This document shows, piece by piece, positions 26,797 to 36,233 of a stretch of 64,000 bases of DNA. Origin of the DNA: an uncultured Chloroflexia bacterium (GTDB lineage: Bacteria > Chloroflexota > Limnocylindria > Limnocylindrales > CSP1-4); contig CAWFXA010000002.1 in the NCBI GenBank assembly GCA_963819655.1, positions 832,001-896,000 of the forward strand. The letters are read 5' to 3'. Position 1 is the stretch's first letter. Each line of letters opens with the position of its first letter. The position numbers and the translations under genes were made by a program. A model generated the notes under the pieces. It was not told where the DNA came from. It made no database searches and saw only the letters and a program-made list of their open reading frames with translations.

Positions 26797-28452
26797 TCAG
26801 ACGTTCACGATCCCGCTGAGCGCCTGGGCCGTGAGAACGACGCCGAACCCGAGGACGACGACCGCGGCGGCGAGCGGCACGGCCTGACGGACACGCGCGA
26901 CGCCGCCGTCTGCCTGGATCCGGTCGAACCGATCGCGCGCGGCGACGAGGACCAAGCCGATGCCGGTCATGACACCGGCCATGCCGAGCCCGAACGCAAA
27001 GACCAGGATGAACCCGAACGCCGGGCGGCCTGCCGCGATCGAGCCGAGCAGGATGAGCAACGCGCTGGTCGACGGGATCAACCCGCCGGCGAGGCCGAGG
27101 ACGAACAGGCTTCGCCAGGTGATCGTGGAGCCGGGAGGGGGCCCGTGGCCGTGGTCCCCGGGGTGGTCGGCGCCGTGCGCCTCGTCGACGTCGTGGTCGT
27201 GTGACGGCCCGTGTTCGTGTGCGTGGCCATGGGTGTGTGAGTGCCCGCGGTCGTGGTCATGCCCGTCCTCGTGACCGCCGCCTCCCGCGCGTCGACGCCG
27301 GATCTCGCCGAACAGCATCCAGCCACCGATCGCGACGATCGAGATCGCGGCCACCACGGGCGCCCAGCGCACGACGACATCGGGCGCCAGGGCGTCGCTC
27401 GCTGCCACCACGACCGCAGCGAGAGCCAGGATGCCGGCCGTATGAGACACGCTGACCGAGATCCCGAGCCCGAGTGCGTGCCGCGGCGAGCCGCGGGTGC
27501 CGACGAGGTAGGCCGCCATCAGCGTCTTGCCGTGGCCCGGGGTCAGAGCGTGCCCGGCACCGAGGGCCACCGCCGTGATGAGCGAGATCAGAAGGACAAG
27601 CGGCGTCAGATCGGCCTCTCGGAAGACCTCCGGGACGTCACCACCGCCGATCCCGCCGGGTACGACGGCCGGTTGGTCCGTAGGGCTCGGCTCCGGACTC
27701 GCGGTGGCAGGCGTCGAGGAGGGCGTGACGGACGGGGCAGCGCTCGGTTCCGCCGCGCCCACCGGCTCGCCATCCGGCACGTCAAAGGCCGCCAGGGCCG
27801 GACCCCCGACGGTCGCCTCGACCACGAGCGCGTCGTCCGCCAGCGGGGTGGCGATGCGGTCCTCGGGATACGACAGCAATCGGCCGGACAGCGTCTCGTC
27901 GCGCAGGTCGCCGTCGACTGCGCGCAAGGCCACCCCGGACCCGGTCGCGACGATCTCGCGCCAGCCGAGCCGCTCTGGGTACGAACCCTCGGTGAACGTG
28001 ATCGTCACGGGCGTCGACCCGATCTGCTGACCGAGCCGTGCCTCGTACGCGCACACCTGACGCATCGTCGACAGGCCACCGGCGCCCAGCGGGAACGACA
28101 AGCCAGCTTCGGTGAGGCTGAGGTCGAGCGGAGCGCCATCGACCGCCAGGGCGATCGTCCCGCGAACCTCGTGGCAGGCCGTCAGGCGACCGGCCTCGAC
28201 CTCGGCGTCGGACACGGTCCCGTCCCCGTCCAGATCGAAATCCTGACGCGCCTGGAAGGTCGGGATCTCGGCGTGATCGATGACGACGTCAAGCAGGATC
28301 CGATCGACCTCGACGCGGACTTCGGCGTAGTGATTGATCGTGAAGTTGCCGAGCGGATGAGCGCTGGCGGACGCGGGCACGGCCGTTCCAGCGCCGATCG
28401 CGATGGCGACGGCGAGCAGGCGAAGCGCGGGAGATCGACGCGGGCGTCCCAT
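26797..28452 (-). CDS. Nickel/cobalt transporter (RcnA/NicO-like) with exported N-terminal domain
   Basis: Signal peptide then HPLGNFTINHY; GAGHALTPGHGKT; His-rich loop; GGLIPS. Confidence 0.88.
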   Translation of the reverse strand: MGRPRRSPALRLLAVAIAIGAGTAVPASASAHPLGNFTINHYAEVRVEVDRILLDVVIDHAEIPTFQARQDFDLDGDGTVSDAEVEAGRLTACHEVRGTIALAVDGAPLDLSLTEAGLSFPLGAGGLSTMRQVCAYEARLGQQIGSTPVTITFTEGSYPERLGWREIVATGSGVALRAVDGDLRDETLSGRLLSYPEDRIATPLADDALVVEATVGGPALAAFDVPDGEPVGAAEPSAAPSVTPSSTPATASPEPSPTDQPAVVPGGIGGGDVPEVFREADLTPLVLLISLITAVALGAGHALTPGHGKTLMAAYLVGTRGSPRHALGLGISVSVSHTAGILALAAVVVAASDALAPDVVVRWAPVVAAISIVAIGGWMLFGEIRRRRAGGGGHEDGHDHDRGHSHTHGHAHEHGPSHDHDVDEAHGADHPGDHGHGPPPGSTITWRSLFVLGLAGGLIPSTSALLILLGSIAAGRPAFGFILVFAFGLGMAGVMTGIGLVLVAARDRFDRIQADGGVARVRQAVPLAAAVVVLGFGVVLTAQALSGIVNV

Positions 28453-28558
28453 GCGGGGAGGGTACGCGCGACCGCCCGCAGCGGATGAGCCGCGCAGGCA
28501 CTGCAGGGCGCCCGCTCCGAGACCGATCCGAGACCAAGGGTCGGCTACACTCGCGCCG

Positions 28559-29248
28559 ATGACACGAGCCGACGCCGAGCCCCAGCGTGGAGCGTTCATC
28601 ACGATCGATGGCCCCGACGGTGGCGGCAAGACGACGCAGGCCGGGCTCCTCGCCGCCCATCTGGCCGAGCAGGGGGTGCGCGCGCACGTCACGCGCGAGC
28701 CCGGCGGTACGTGGCTCGGGGAACGGATCCGCGAGCTGCTGCTCGAGCGGACCGGCTCGACCGCCCCGACCGACCCGTTGGCCGATGCCCTCCTGTTCAA
28801 TGCCGCCCGCCGGCAGCTCGTTCGTGAGGTCATCCGCCCGACCCTCGAATCGGGGACGGCGGTCATCTGCGCCCGCTACACCGACTCGACGCTGGCATAC
28901 CAGGGTTACGGCGCCGGCGTCGATCTCGACCACCTGCGATTCCTGGCGGAAGCAGCGACGGACGGGCTGCATCCGGATCTCACGATCATCCTCGACCTGC
29001 CCGTCGACGTCGGCCTTGCCCGCAAGGCGCCCGGCGACGTGACCCGCTTCGAGGCCGAGTACGACCTGGCATTCCATCGGCGCGTCCGCGACGGCTTCCT
29101 GGCCATCGCGCTCGGCGAACCGGGCCGCGTCGCGGTCATCGACGCCACCGGCCCGATCGACGACGTGAGTGCCGAGGTCGCGGATGTCGTCGTTCGGCGG
29201 TCGATCCTCGATGAACCGTCGGTGCCTCCCGTGCGCAATAGCAGATGA
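28559..29248 (+). CDS. tmk: Thymidylate kinase
   Basis: DGPDGGGKTTQ, REPGG, STLAYQGYG, PDLTIILD. Confidence 0.96.
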   Translation: MTRADAEPQRGAFITIDGPDGGGKTTQAGLLAAHLAEQGVRAHVTREPGGTWLGERIRELLLERTGSTAPTDPLADALLFNAARRQLVREVIRPTLESGTAVICARYTDSTLAYQGYGAGVDLDHLRFLAEAATDGLHPDLTIILDLPVDVGLARKAPGDVTRFEAEYDLAFHRRVRDGFLAIALGEPGRVAVIDATGPIDDVSAEVADVVVRRSILDEPSVPPVRNSR

Positions 29249-29832
29249 GCGAGTCGTCGGGCCCGCTTCCGCTCCGCGTGGCGACCGTCACGGACGACGC
29301 GGATCGTGCGGCATTGGAGCGGATCGCCCGCGGCGAACTCGGGGCGCTCGACGACCTGTACGAGCGTTACAAGACCATGGCCTATTCCATCGCATTCCGG
29401 ATCACGAATGACGCGACGCTGGCCGAGGATGTCGTCCAGGACGCTTTCCTCGGTGCGTGGCGGAATGCCGCCCGCTACATCGAGGGCCGCGGCAGCGTCA
29501 AGACGTGGTTGCTGTCGATCGTCCATCATCGCGCGATCGACGCGGTCCGACGCCGCCGAGCGACGGTCGACCTGCCGGACGGCAGCGATGCGCCGCCGCC
29601 GGCGCTGCGCATGCCCGACGTCTGGGCCGAGGTCGCCGCGAGCCTCGACGCGGCTGAGGTGCGCGCCGCGCTCGCATCCCTTACCGACGTCCAGCGCGAA
29701 GCCATCGAGCTCGCCTATTTCGGCGGGCTGACGCAGGTCGAGATCGCCGATCGCACGGGCACCCCGCTCGGGACGGTCAAGAGCCGGATGCGGCTCGGCC
29801 TTCTCGCGATGCGTCGGGTGTTGTCGCCATGA
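29245..29832 (+). CDS. ECF RNA polymerase sigma factor (SigK-like)
   Basis: AEDVVQDAF, WLLSIVHHRAID, LAYFGGLT, PLGTVKSRMRLG. Confidence 0.93.
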   Translation: MSESSGPLPLRVATVTDDADRAALERIARGELGALDDLYERYKTMAYSIAFRITNDATLAEDVVQDAFLGAWRNAARYIEGRGSVKTWLLSIVHHRAIDAVRRRRATVDLPDGSDAPPPALRMPDVWAEVAASLDAAEVRAALASLTDVQREAIELAYFGGLTQVEIADRTGTPLGTVKSRMRLGLLAMRRVLSP

Positions 29833-30671
29833 CCGACCCGCGTCGTCCCGCCGAGCTCACCCACGACGAGGCCGTCGACCTGGCGGCGTCGTTCGTGCTC
29901 GGCGCGCTCGACGAGGACGAGATGGCCGCGGTCCGCGCTCACCTGGCGTCGTGCGCCGAGCCGCACGACGAGTTCGACGAGCTCGGCGGCATGGTGCCGG
30001 TGCTACAGGCAACCCTGCGCCCGGTCGAGCCGCCGCCCGCCCTCAAGGATCGGATCATGGCCGCCGCCGCAGCCGATCTTGAGGCGCGTCGGCGCGAGGC
30101 CGCCGGGACCGAGGCAGTCGAACCGCCGGTCGCCGCCCCGGATGCGCCTGCCACGACACGTCCCTCGGGACCGGTCCCGCTGCGGAGACAACCTCGCTTG
30201 TCGTGGGTCCTCGGGCTCGCCGCCGTGCTCGCGATCGTGGCCCTCGGCGGCTGGAACCTGGCGCTCCAGTCGCAGCTGGGTGAGGCGCGCGCCTATCAGC
30301 AGCAGGTCGCGGCGGTCATCGACGCGGCGGCTGAGCCCGGCGCGCTGACCGCCGTCATGAAGAGCCCGGCCGGAGATGGTGCGACCGGGCTCGCGGTCGT
30401 CGCGCCCGACGGCACCATGAGCATCGCGATGCGCGATCTCGCCCCGACGACAGGCGCCGAGGTGTACGAGGCGTGGGCGATCCTTCCTGACTCAGCGCCG
30501 GTGCCGTTGGGCGGGTTCCAGGTCGGTTCGAACGGCGTGGGCTATCTCGAGACCGGCGGTTCGCCCACCCAGAGCGGGGTCGTGCTGGCGCTCACGCGCG
30601 AGCCCGGCCCGGGCGCGACTGCGCCGACGAGCGACCCCGTCTCTGTCGGGACCGCGACCTCGTCCGGGTAG
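29829..30671 (+). CDS. Anti-sigma factor (RskA-like)
   Basis: FVLGALDEDE...HLASC, PPPALKDRI, TM, YEAW, LTREPGPGATAPT. Confidence 0.88.
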   Translation: MTDPRRPAELTHDEAVDLAASFVLGALDEDEMAAVRAHLASCAEPHDEFDELGGMVPVLQATLRPVEPPPALKDRIMAAAAADLEARRREAAGTEAVEPPVAAPDAPATTRPSGPVPLRRQPRLSWVLGLAAVLAIVALGGWNLALQSQLGEARAYQQQVAAVIDAAAEPGALTAVMKSPAGDGATGLAVVAPDGTMSIAMRDLAPTTGAEVYEAWAILPDSAPVPLGGFQVGSNGVGYLETGGSPTQSGVVLALTREPGPGATAPTSDPVSVGTATSSG

Positions 30672-30693
30672 GCGCGCTCCGGTCGACGCGGAG

Positions 30694-31707
30694 CTAAGCC
30701 GGGGTGTTCGCCCCTGCGACGGATCCGCTGCCAGCGTCTTTGGCCCGCGTGAGCGCCTCGGTCGCGGCCGCGATCAGGGACTCCGCGTCACCGGCGTCGG
30801 CGGGGAACCGTGCGACGCCCGCCGACACGCTCACCTGCCTGCCGGCCACAGCCGGGAGAGCGGCGATCCCGTCCTGGACGCGCTTCGCGACCACGGCCCC
30901 TGCTGCCCCGGGCGCGACGAGCACGAACTCGTCACCGCCGATCCGCCCGACCGTGTCGACCAGGCGGACCGATTCCGCCAGAACGGCAGCCACGCGGCGC
31001 AGGATGTCGTCGCCGACCTGATGGCCGTCGCTCGCGTTGGCAGAGCGGAAGTCGTCGATGTCGAACAGTGCGAGCGATACCTCGCCGCCCTGCCGGCCGG
31101 CGCGCGCCAGCTCGAGCTCCAGGACGCGCGCTACGGTCCGTTCGTTGGCGATCCCGGTCAGCGGATCGGTATGGGCCATCCGCTCGAACCACTCGGAGCG
31201 CTCGGCGGAGCTCGATGCATGTCGCGCCCGGTCGGTGGCGAGGGCGGCCAGCGAGGCCAGCGAGGCGATGACGTCGCGGTCCTCGTCGGAGGTCACGTGC
31301 GGGGCCGGCCAGGTCAGGCCGAGCACGCCCAGCACCGCCTCGACTCCGCCGACGCCGATCACCAGCGGAACGTACGAGCCGATCACCGCGGTGCCGTCTG
31401 GCCCGGGCGACTGGTCGTCGTACGCAGCCCCGCCGCCGGCGGCAGCGACCGCGTACTGGTTCGCTCCGTTCTGCGCCGCATCCGTGAGCGCCACGGCCAT
31501 GTCATCATCGAGGCCGATGGTCGCGGCAACCTGGAGGCCAGGACGATCCGGGTCGACCAGGAAGATGGCGGCGGTGGTCGGGCCGAGCGCTGCGACGCCC
31601 GCGGCGAGGATGCCGGTCAAGGCCGTGTCGAGGTCCTCGGCCGTCGCGGCCTCGATCGCCGCGGGCAGATCGGTTCGGGGATCGCGGGTCGGAGCGTCGC
31701 TCGCCAC
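30694..31707 (-). CDS. GAF + GGDEF diguanylate cyclase
   Basis: TDPLTGIAN, DIDDF, I-site RLVD, RIGGDEF. SD AGGAG precedes GTG 31707. Confidence 0.9.
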   Translation of the reverse strand: MASDAPTRDPRTDLPAAIEAATAEDLDTALTGILAAGVAALGPTTAAIFLVDPDRPGLQVAATIGLDDDMAVALTDAAQNGANQYAVAAAGGGAAYDDQSPGPDGTAVIGSYVPLVIGVGGVEAVLGVLGLTWPAPHVTSDEDRDVIASLASLAALATDRARHASSSAERSEWFERMAHTDPLTGIANERTVARVLELELARAGRQGGEVSLALFDIDDFRSANASDGHQVGDDILRRVAAVLAESVRLVDTVGRIGGDEFVLVAPGAAGAVVAKRVQDGIAALPAVAGRQVSVSAGVARFPADAGDAESLIAAATEALTRAKDAGSGSVAGANTPA

Positions 31708-31812
31708 GGATGGACTCCTGCACGCGTCGGGTTCGGAGGGCGCATCGTACACCGCCCGAATCGCGCGGAGATGCGTTGACCCCGCACGCGCCGTCCCCCG
31801 ATACTCCGCGCG

Positions 31813-32142
31813 ATGAAGCTCGTCGTCGCGATCGTCCACAACGAGGATGCCGGGGCGCTCGTCGACGCGTTACTCGAGAAGGAGTTCCGGGCGACGCGCG
31901 TCTCGAGCTCGGGCGGGTTCCTGAAGCAATCGAACGCCACGATCTTCCTCGGCGTCGAGGAGGGCGAGGTCGAGGAGGTCGTGGCCATCGTTCGAGAGAG
32001 GTGCACGTCACGGACCCAGGTCGTGAACCCGATGCCCCCGATCATGGAGCCGGGCGAATTCTTCATGCCGTACCCGCTCGAGGTCGAGGTCGGCGGGGCC
32101 ACCGTCTTCGTCGTCCCGGTCGACCGATTCGAGCGGCTGTAG
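31813..32142 (+). CDS. darA: Cyclic di-AMP receptor, PII-like (DarA/PstA, DUF970)
   Basis: MKLVVAIV, SSGGFLKQSNAT, VEVGGATVFV. Confidence 0.92.
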   Translation: MKLVVAIVHNEDAGALVDALLEKEFRATRVSSSGGFLKQSNATIFLGVEEGEVEEVVAIVRERCTSRTQVVNPMPPIMEPGEFFMPYPLEVEVGGATVFVVPVDRFERL

Positions 32143-32147
32143 CCGCC

Positions 32148-32765
32148 GTGCGCGACCAGGGCGCTGGGTCACCGATGGCGATCGCGGCCTACGCCTGGGT
32201 CGACGCGCTTCACGACGGTGCGCCGGACGTCGTCGCCGCGTGGCGCGGGATCGAGGAAGGTCGTTTCATCTCCGTCGGGCGCGAGGTTCGGATGCGAGCG
32301 GGAACCGGGACGGCCGAGCGGACGGTCGCGCAGCTCGCGACGCTCGCCAACGCTCTATCGGAGATGGTGAGCCGCATGCCGGACGATCTGCTCGCCGCGC
32401 CGGGCGGGGAGGCCGACTGGAACGTGGCCGAGGCGACCGGCCATGTCGCCGATGCGCGCGCCGGCACGAGCCTGGCCGCCGCGAAGGCCGCGGCGGGCCT
32501 GTGGCCGGCCGATGCCCGCCCGGTCGAGCCCGGGATACCCGGTCCTCCCGGCGCGGACCGCCAGGCGCTCATGAAGCGCATAGCGCAGAGTCAGCGGCTC
32601 GTCGAGCGGGCCGGTCGAACCGTCGCCGGCCACGAGTCGGATCCCTGTCCGCTCGAGCATCCGCTCGTCGGTCGACTCCGTTGCGGGGAGTGGCTGCTGT
32701 TCGCGGGCGTCCACGACCTCATGCACCTCGAGCAGCTGCACGACCTCGTGGCGGCAGCCCGATGA
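32148..32765 (+). CDS. DinB/YfiT superfamily protein
   Basis: WNVAEATGHV, HPLVG, HDLMHLEQL. Start is GTG 32148 or ATG 32175. Confidence 0.8.
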   Translation: MRDQGAGSPMAIAAYAWVDALHDGAPDVVAAWRGIEEGRFISVGREVRMRAGTGTAERTVAQLATLANALSEMVSRMPDDLLAAPGGEADWNVAEATGHVADARAGTSLAAAKAAAGLWPADARPVEPGIPGPPGADRQALMKRIAQSQRLVERAGRTVAGHESDPCPLEHPLVGRLRCGEWLLFAGVHDLMHLEQLHDLVAAAR

Positions 32766-33268
32766 GCCCGATGCGCCCCGACCTCGTCGACTGCTGGATG
32801 TTCCGGGTCGTCCATTCCGCCCGCGATGTGCCGAGCACGGAGATCCTGTTGCTGCGGCGCGCGCCGGGCCGGATCCTGCCCGGGCTCTGGCAATGCGTGT
32901 CCGGATCGGTCGAGTCGGACGTGCGGATCGCCACCGAGGCCCTGCGCGAGCTGAAGGAAGAGACCGGCTTCGGTTCGGAGCAGATCGAGGCCTTCTACGA
33001 TCTCGATTTCGTCAACCAGTTCCATGAGCCGTCCTACGACGCGGTCGTCACGGCCGCGATCTTCGCGGTCCGGGTCAGGGACGGCGCCCAGCCGAGCCTG
33101 TCCCACGAGCACGACGACGCGAAATGGGTCGCCGTGGAGGACGCCTACGTCGAGGTGATCTGGCCCGGCTACCGGACGGCGATCGAGCGCATCCGGGACG
33201 ACCTCATAGATCCCGAGCGTGCCGCCTGGTTCGAGCTCACCCTGGACGGGGACCGGAAGCCGCACTAG
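32762..33268 (+). CDS. NUDIX hydrolase (NudB-like)
   Basis: WQCVSGSVE...ALRELKEETG, LSHEHD. Confidence 0.9.
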   Translation: MSPMRPDLVDCWMFRVVHSARDVPSTEILLLRRAPGRILPGLWQCVSGSVESDVRIATEALRELKEETGFGSEQIEAFYDLDFVNQFHEPSYDAVVTAAIFAVRVRDGAQPSLSHEHDDAKWVAVEDAYVEVIWPGYRTAIERIRDDLIDPERAAWFELTLDGDRKPH

Positions 33269-33347
33269 GTCCTGAGGCGGATGCCCGGTCCCGCGCGGTA
33301 GAATCGGGGTCGAGGCGGCCCACCGTGAGGCGGCACAGGAGGGCGAC

Positions 33348-34553
33348 GTGATCGACCGGACTGACGTACCCGACGCGAGCAGCCCGGCCGCCGCGCGCCG
33401 CGCCGCCGCGCGCCGCGCCTTCCGCTCGAAGGTCGACACGATCCGGCCGACATACGGCTTCGAGGACGTCTCGCTCGCCCCGGGCACCGACACGATCGAG
33501 CCGTCGGACGTCGACCTGGCGCAGGTCTTCTGCGGCATCGACCTTGCGATCCCAGTCCTCGCGTCGGCGATGGACGCGGTGGTCGACGCGCGGATGGCCG
33601 GCGAGCTCGCACGGCTCGGCGGTCTCGCCGTCCTGAACCTCGAGGGGATCCAGACCCGCTACGACGACCCCGACGCGATCCTGGCCCGCATCGCCTCTGC
33701 GGCCGATGCCGACGTCCAGGATCTGCTCGCGCAGGCCTACCAGCGACCCATCCGCGAGGACCTCATCGCTGCCCGTATCGAAGCCATCCATGCCGCGGGC
33801 GCCAAGGCCGCTGTCGCGGCGACCCCCGGCGCCGCCCGTCGGTTCGGGCCGTTCAGCGCCGAGCACGGCGCGGACCTGTTCCTCGTCCAGAGCCAGGTCT
33901 CCTCGGCACGCCACCTGGCCAGTGGCTATGACCCGCTGTCGCTGGAGGAGTTCACGCGTTTCATGCCCATCCCGGTAGCCGTCGGCAACACGACCAACGC
34001 CGACGCGGCGTTCGCGCTGATGGAGCAAGGGGCGGCTGCCGTCTTCGTCGGTGTCGGACCTGGCGCCGCGTGCACGACCCGCGAGGTCCTCGGCATCGGT
34101 GTCCCGCAGGTGACGGCCATCAGCGACGTCGCTGCGGCGCGCGACGCCTATCTCAACGAGACCGGCCGGTATGTCCCGGTCGTCGCCGACGGCGGCATGC
34201 GGCGCGGCGGCGAGCTCGCCAAGGCGATCGCCGCCGGGGCCGATGTCGTGATGCTCGGATCGCCCCTGGCGCGAGCTGCCGAGGCTCCCGGTCGCGGAAC
34301 GAACTGGGGGATGGCGGCGCCATCGCCGACCCTGCCACGCGGGACGCGGATCACGGTCGGCACGGTCGGGCCGCTCGAGCGGATCCTGCTCGGCCCTGCC
34401 CATGTCACGGATGGCAGCGAGAACCTCATCGGCGCGCTGCGCCAGTCGATGGCAGCGCTGGGCGCACGGACGATCCGCGAGATGCAGGGCGTCGAGATGG
34501 TCTATGCCCCATCGACCCAGACCGAGGGCAAGTCCTGGCAGCGAGCCCGCTGA
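33348..34553 (+). CDS. IMP dehydrogenase-related protein, GuaB3 family
   Basis: YGFEDVSLAP, ASAMD, LNLEG, GVGPGAACTTR, ADGG; no CBS pair. Confidence 0.92.
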   Translation: MIDRTDVPDASSPAAARRAAARRAFRSKVDTIRPTYGFEDVSLAPGTDTIEPSDVDLAQVFCGIDLAIPVLASAMDAVVDARMAGELARLGGLAVLNLEGIQTRYDDPDAILARIASAADADVQDLLAQAYQRPIREDLIAARIEAIHAAGAKAAVAATPGAARRFGPFSAEHGADLFLVQSQVSSARHLASGYDPLSLEEFTRFMPIPVAVGNTTNADAAFALMEQGAAAVFVGVGPGAACTTREVLGIGVPQVTAISDVAAARDAYLNETGRYVPVVADGGMRRGGELAKAIAAGADVVMLGSPLARAAEAPGRGTNWGMAAPSPTLPRGTRITVGTVGPLERILLGPAHVTDGSENLIGALRQSMAALGARTIREMQGVEMVYAPSTQTEGKSWQRAR

Positions 34554-34903
34554 CGACGGACGGCATCGGGGCGGATCTCTTCTTCGAGGGCAAGGTCGCG
34601 CGGCTGACGACCCGCGGCCGGCGGACGGGGCTGCCGCGACCCGTCGCGGTCGGCTATGTCGACGAGCCGGATGGATCGATCCTCATTGCCGCTGGCGACG
34701 GCGCGCAGTGGGCCACCAACCTGTTCGATCATCCGACGGCGGAGGTCGAGGTCGGCGACCGGCGGTTCACGGCGAAGGCCGAACCCCTCGAGGGCGCCGA
34801 TCACGCGCGGACCGTCCGCGGGCTGATCCTGCGCTACGGCACGCCCGCCGAGCGGCTCGGACGCGGGCCGACGTTCCGGCTTCGACCGATGGAAGTTCCC
34901 TGA
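34550..34903 (+). CDS. Deazaflavin (F420)-dependent nitroreductase family protein
   Basis: LTTRGRRTGLPR, WATNL, P..EVEVG. The start is a CTG overlapping the upstream stop. Confidence 0.8.
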   Translation: MTTDGIGADLFFEGKVARLTTRGRRTGLPRPVAVGYVDEPDGSILIAAGDGAQWATNLFDHPTAEVEVGDRRFTAKAEPLEGADHARTVRGLILRYGTPAERLGRGPTFRLRPMEVP

Positions 34904-35370
34904 TGGCGATCGAGGTGACGGTCGACACGACGATCGAGCGTTCGCCCGAGGTGGTATTCGAGCGGATCGCGGACGTCGACGCATGGCCCGCGTGGCTTAT
35001 CGCGAGTGGCATCACGGCCGTTCGCCGCTCGAGCTCGGGGCCGATCGCGCGCGGCGAGAGCCTGGTGGTCGAGCAGGTAGCCGCCGGACGGCCCGCGACG
35101 TTCGCGGCGGAGGTGGCGGCTTTGGACGTCCCATCGCGGCTCGTGGTCAGTGGACGCGACGACGACGGCATCTCGATCGAGATCGAAGCCACGCTCGCGC
35201 CGACGGACGGGACATCGGGAACGGCCACCGCCCTGCGCTGGACTATCCGGATCGGCCTGCCTTTCCGACTCCGAGTCTTCGAAGGGATGGCACGCCCGCA
35301 GGTGCAGCGCGCCGTCGCACTCGACCTCGAGGCGCTGCGGCGCCGCCTGGAGTCGACCGCCGAGGACTGA
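34903..35370 (+). CDS. SRPBCC (polyketide cyclase-like) protein
   Basis: IERSPEVVFERIADVDAWPAW, C-terminal DLEALRRRLE; TGATG coupling. Confidence 0.85.
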   Translation: MAIEVTVDTTIERSPEVVFERIADVDAWPAWLIASGITAVRRSSSGPIARGESLVVEQVAAGRPATFAAEVAALDVPSRLVVSGRDDDGISIEIEATLAPTDGTSGTATALRWTIRIGLPFRLRVFEGMARPQVQRAVALDLEALRRRLESTAED

Positions 35371-35440
35371 CATCCGTCCCACTCGCGACAGGACGTTCGC
35401 CCGGTTTCGGCCGGGCGAACGCGCGTGCACCATCGCGTCG

Positions 35441-35566
35441 ATGGATAGCTTCGGGATGGTCCTCATCGCCATCAGCGCCCTCGCCCTGCTGGAGGTTGCG
35501 GCCGCAAACCTTCGCGGTGAGGAGCGTCACCGTCGCGTCCGACGGTCTTCCCGCACCGTCCGCTAG
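35441..35566 (+). CDS. Small single-TM protein, 41 aa
   Basis: MDSFGMVLIAISALALLEVAAANLRGEERHRRVRRSSRTVR; CACCAT 7 nt upstream. Confidence 0.55.
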   Translation: MDSFGMVLIAISALALLEVAAANLRGEERHRRVRRSSRTVR

Positions 35567-35585
35567 GCATCTCGCGGTCCAGAGA

Positions 35586-36233
35586 CTAGGCGCGGCGCAA
35601 CCAGCTCAGCACCGCCAGCACGCGCCGATGATCGTCCGGCGCCTCCTCCAACCCGAGCTTGGAGAGGATGCTCGCGACGTGGGTCTCGACGGTCTTGTCG
35701 CCGACGACCAGCCGTGACGCGATCGCCCGGTTGGATCGGCCCTCGGCCATGAGCTCGAGGACCTCGCGCTCGCGCGGCGTGAGATCGTCGAGCGGGTTTC
35801 GGGCCCGACGCCGACCGACGAGCGCCGCAACGACGGCCGGATCCACTGCGCTGCCACCGCGGGCCACCCTGTCGACCGCGTCGAGCAGGTCGTCCACCGC
35901 CGCGACGCGCTCCTTGAGGAGGTAACCGACCCCACCCCGCCCGTCGCCGAGCAACCGGACCGCGTGGGCCGGTTCCACGTTCTGGGACAGGACGACGACC
36001 GGCACGCTCGGGTCGCGCGCGAGCAGACGCTCGGCAGCGACGAGGCCTTCGTCGGTGTGGGTGGGCGGCATTCGGATGTCGACGATGGCGACATCGACAT
36101 GCTCGCGCTCGATGAGCTCCAGGAGCGCGACGGCGTCGCCGACCGCGCCGACCACCTCGAAACCACCGTCGCGGAGCACGCGCACGATCCCCTCGCGCAG
36201 GAGAACGACGTCCTCCGCTACGGCAACGCGCAT
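35586..36233 (-). CDS. NarL/LuxR-family response regulator
   Basis: AEDVVLLREG, DIRMPP, GYLLK, LTPREREVL, KTVETH. Confidence 0.95.
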   Translation of the reverse strand: MRVAVAEDVVLLREGIVRVLRDGGFEVVGAVGDAVALLELIEREHVDVAIVDIRMPPTHTDEGLVAAERLLARDPSVPVVVLSQNVEPAHAVRLLGDGRGGVGYLLKERVAAVDDLLDAVDRVARGGSAVDPAVVAALVGRRRARNPLDDLTPREREVLELMAEGRSNRAIASRLVVGDKTVETHVASILSKLGLEEAPDDHRRVLAVLSWLRRA

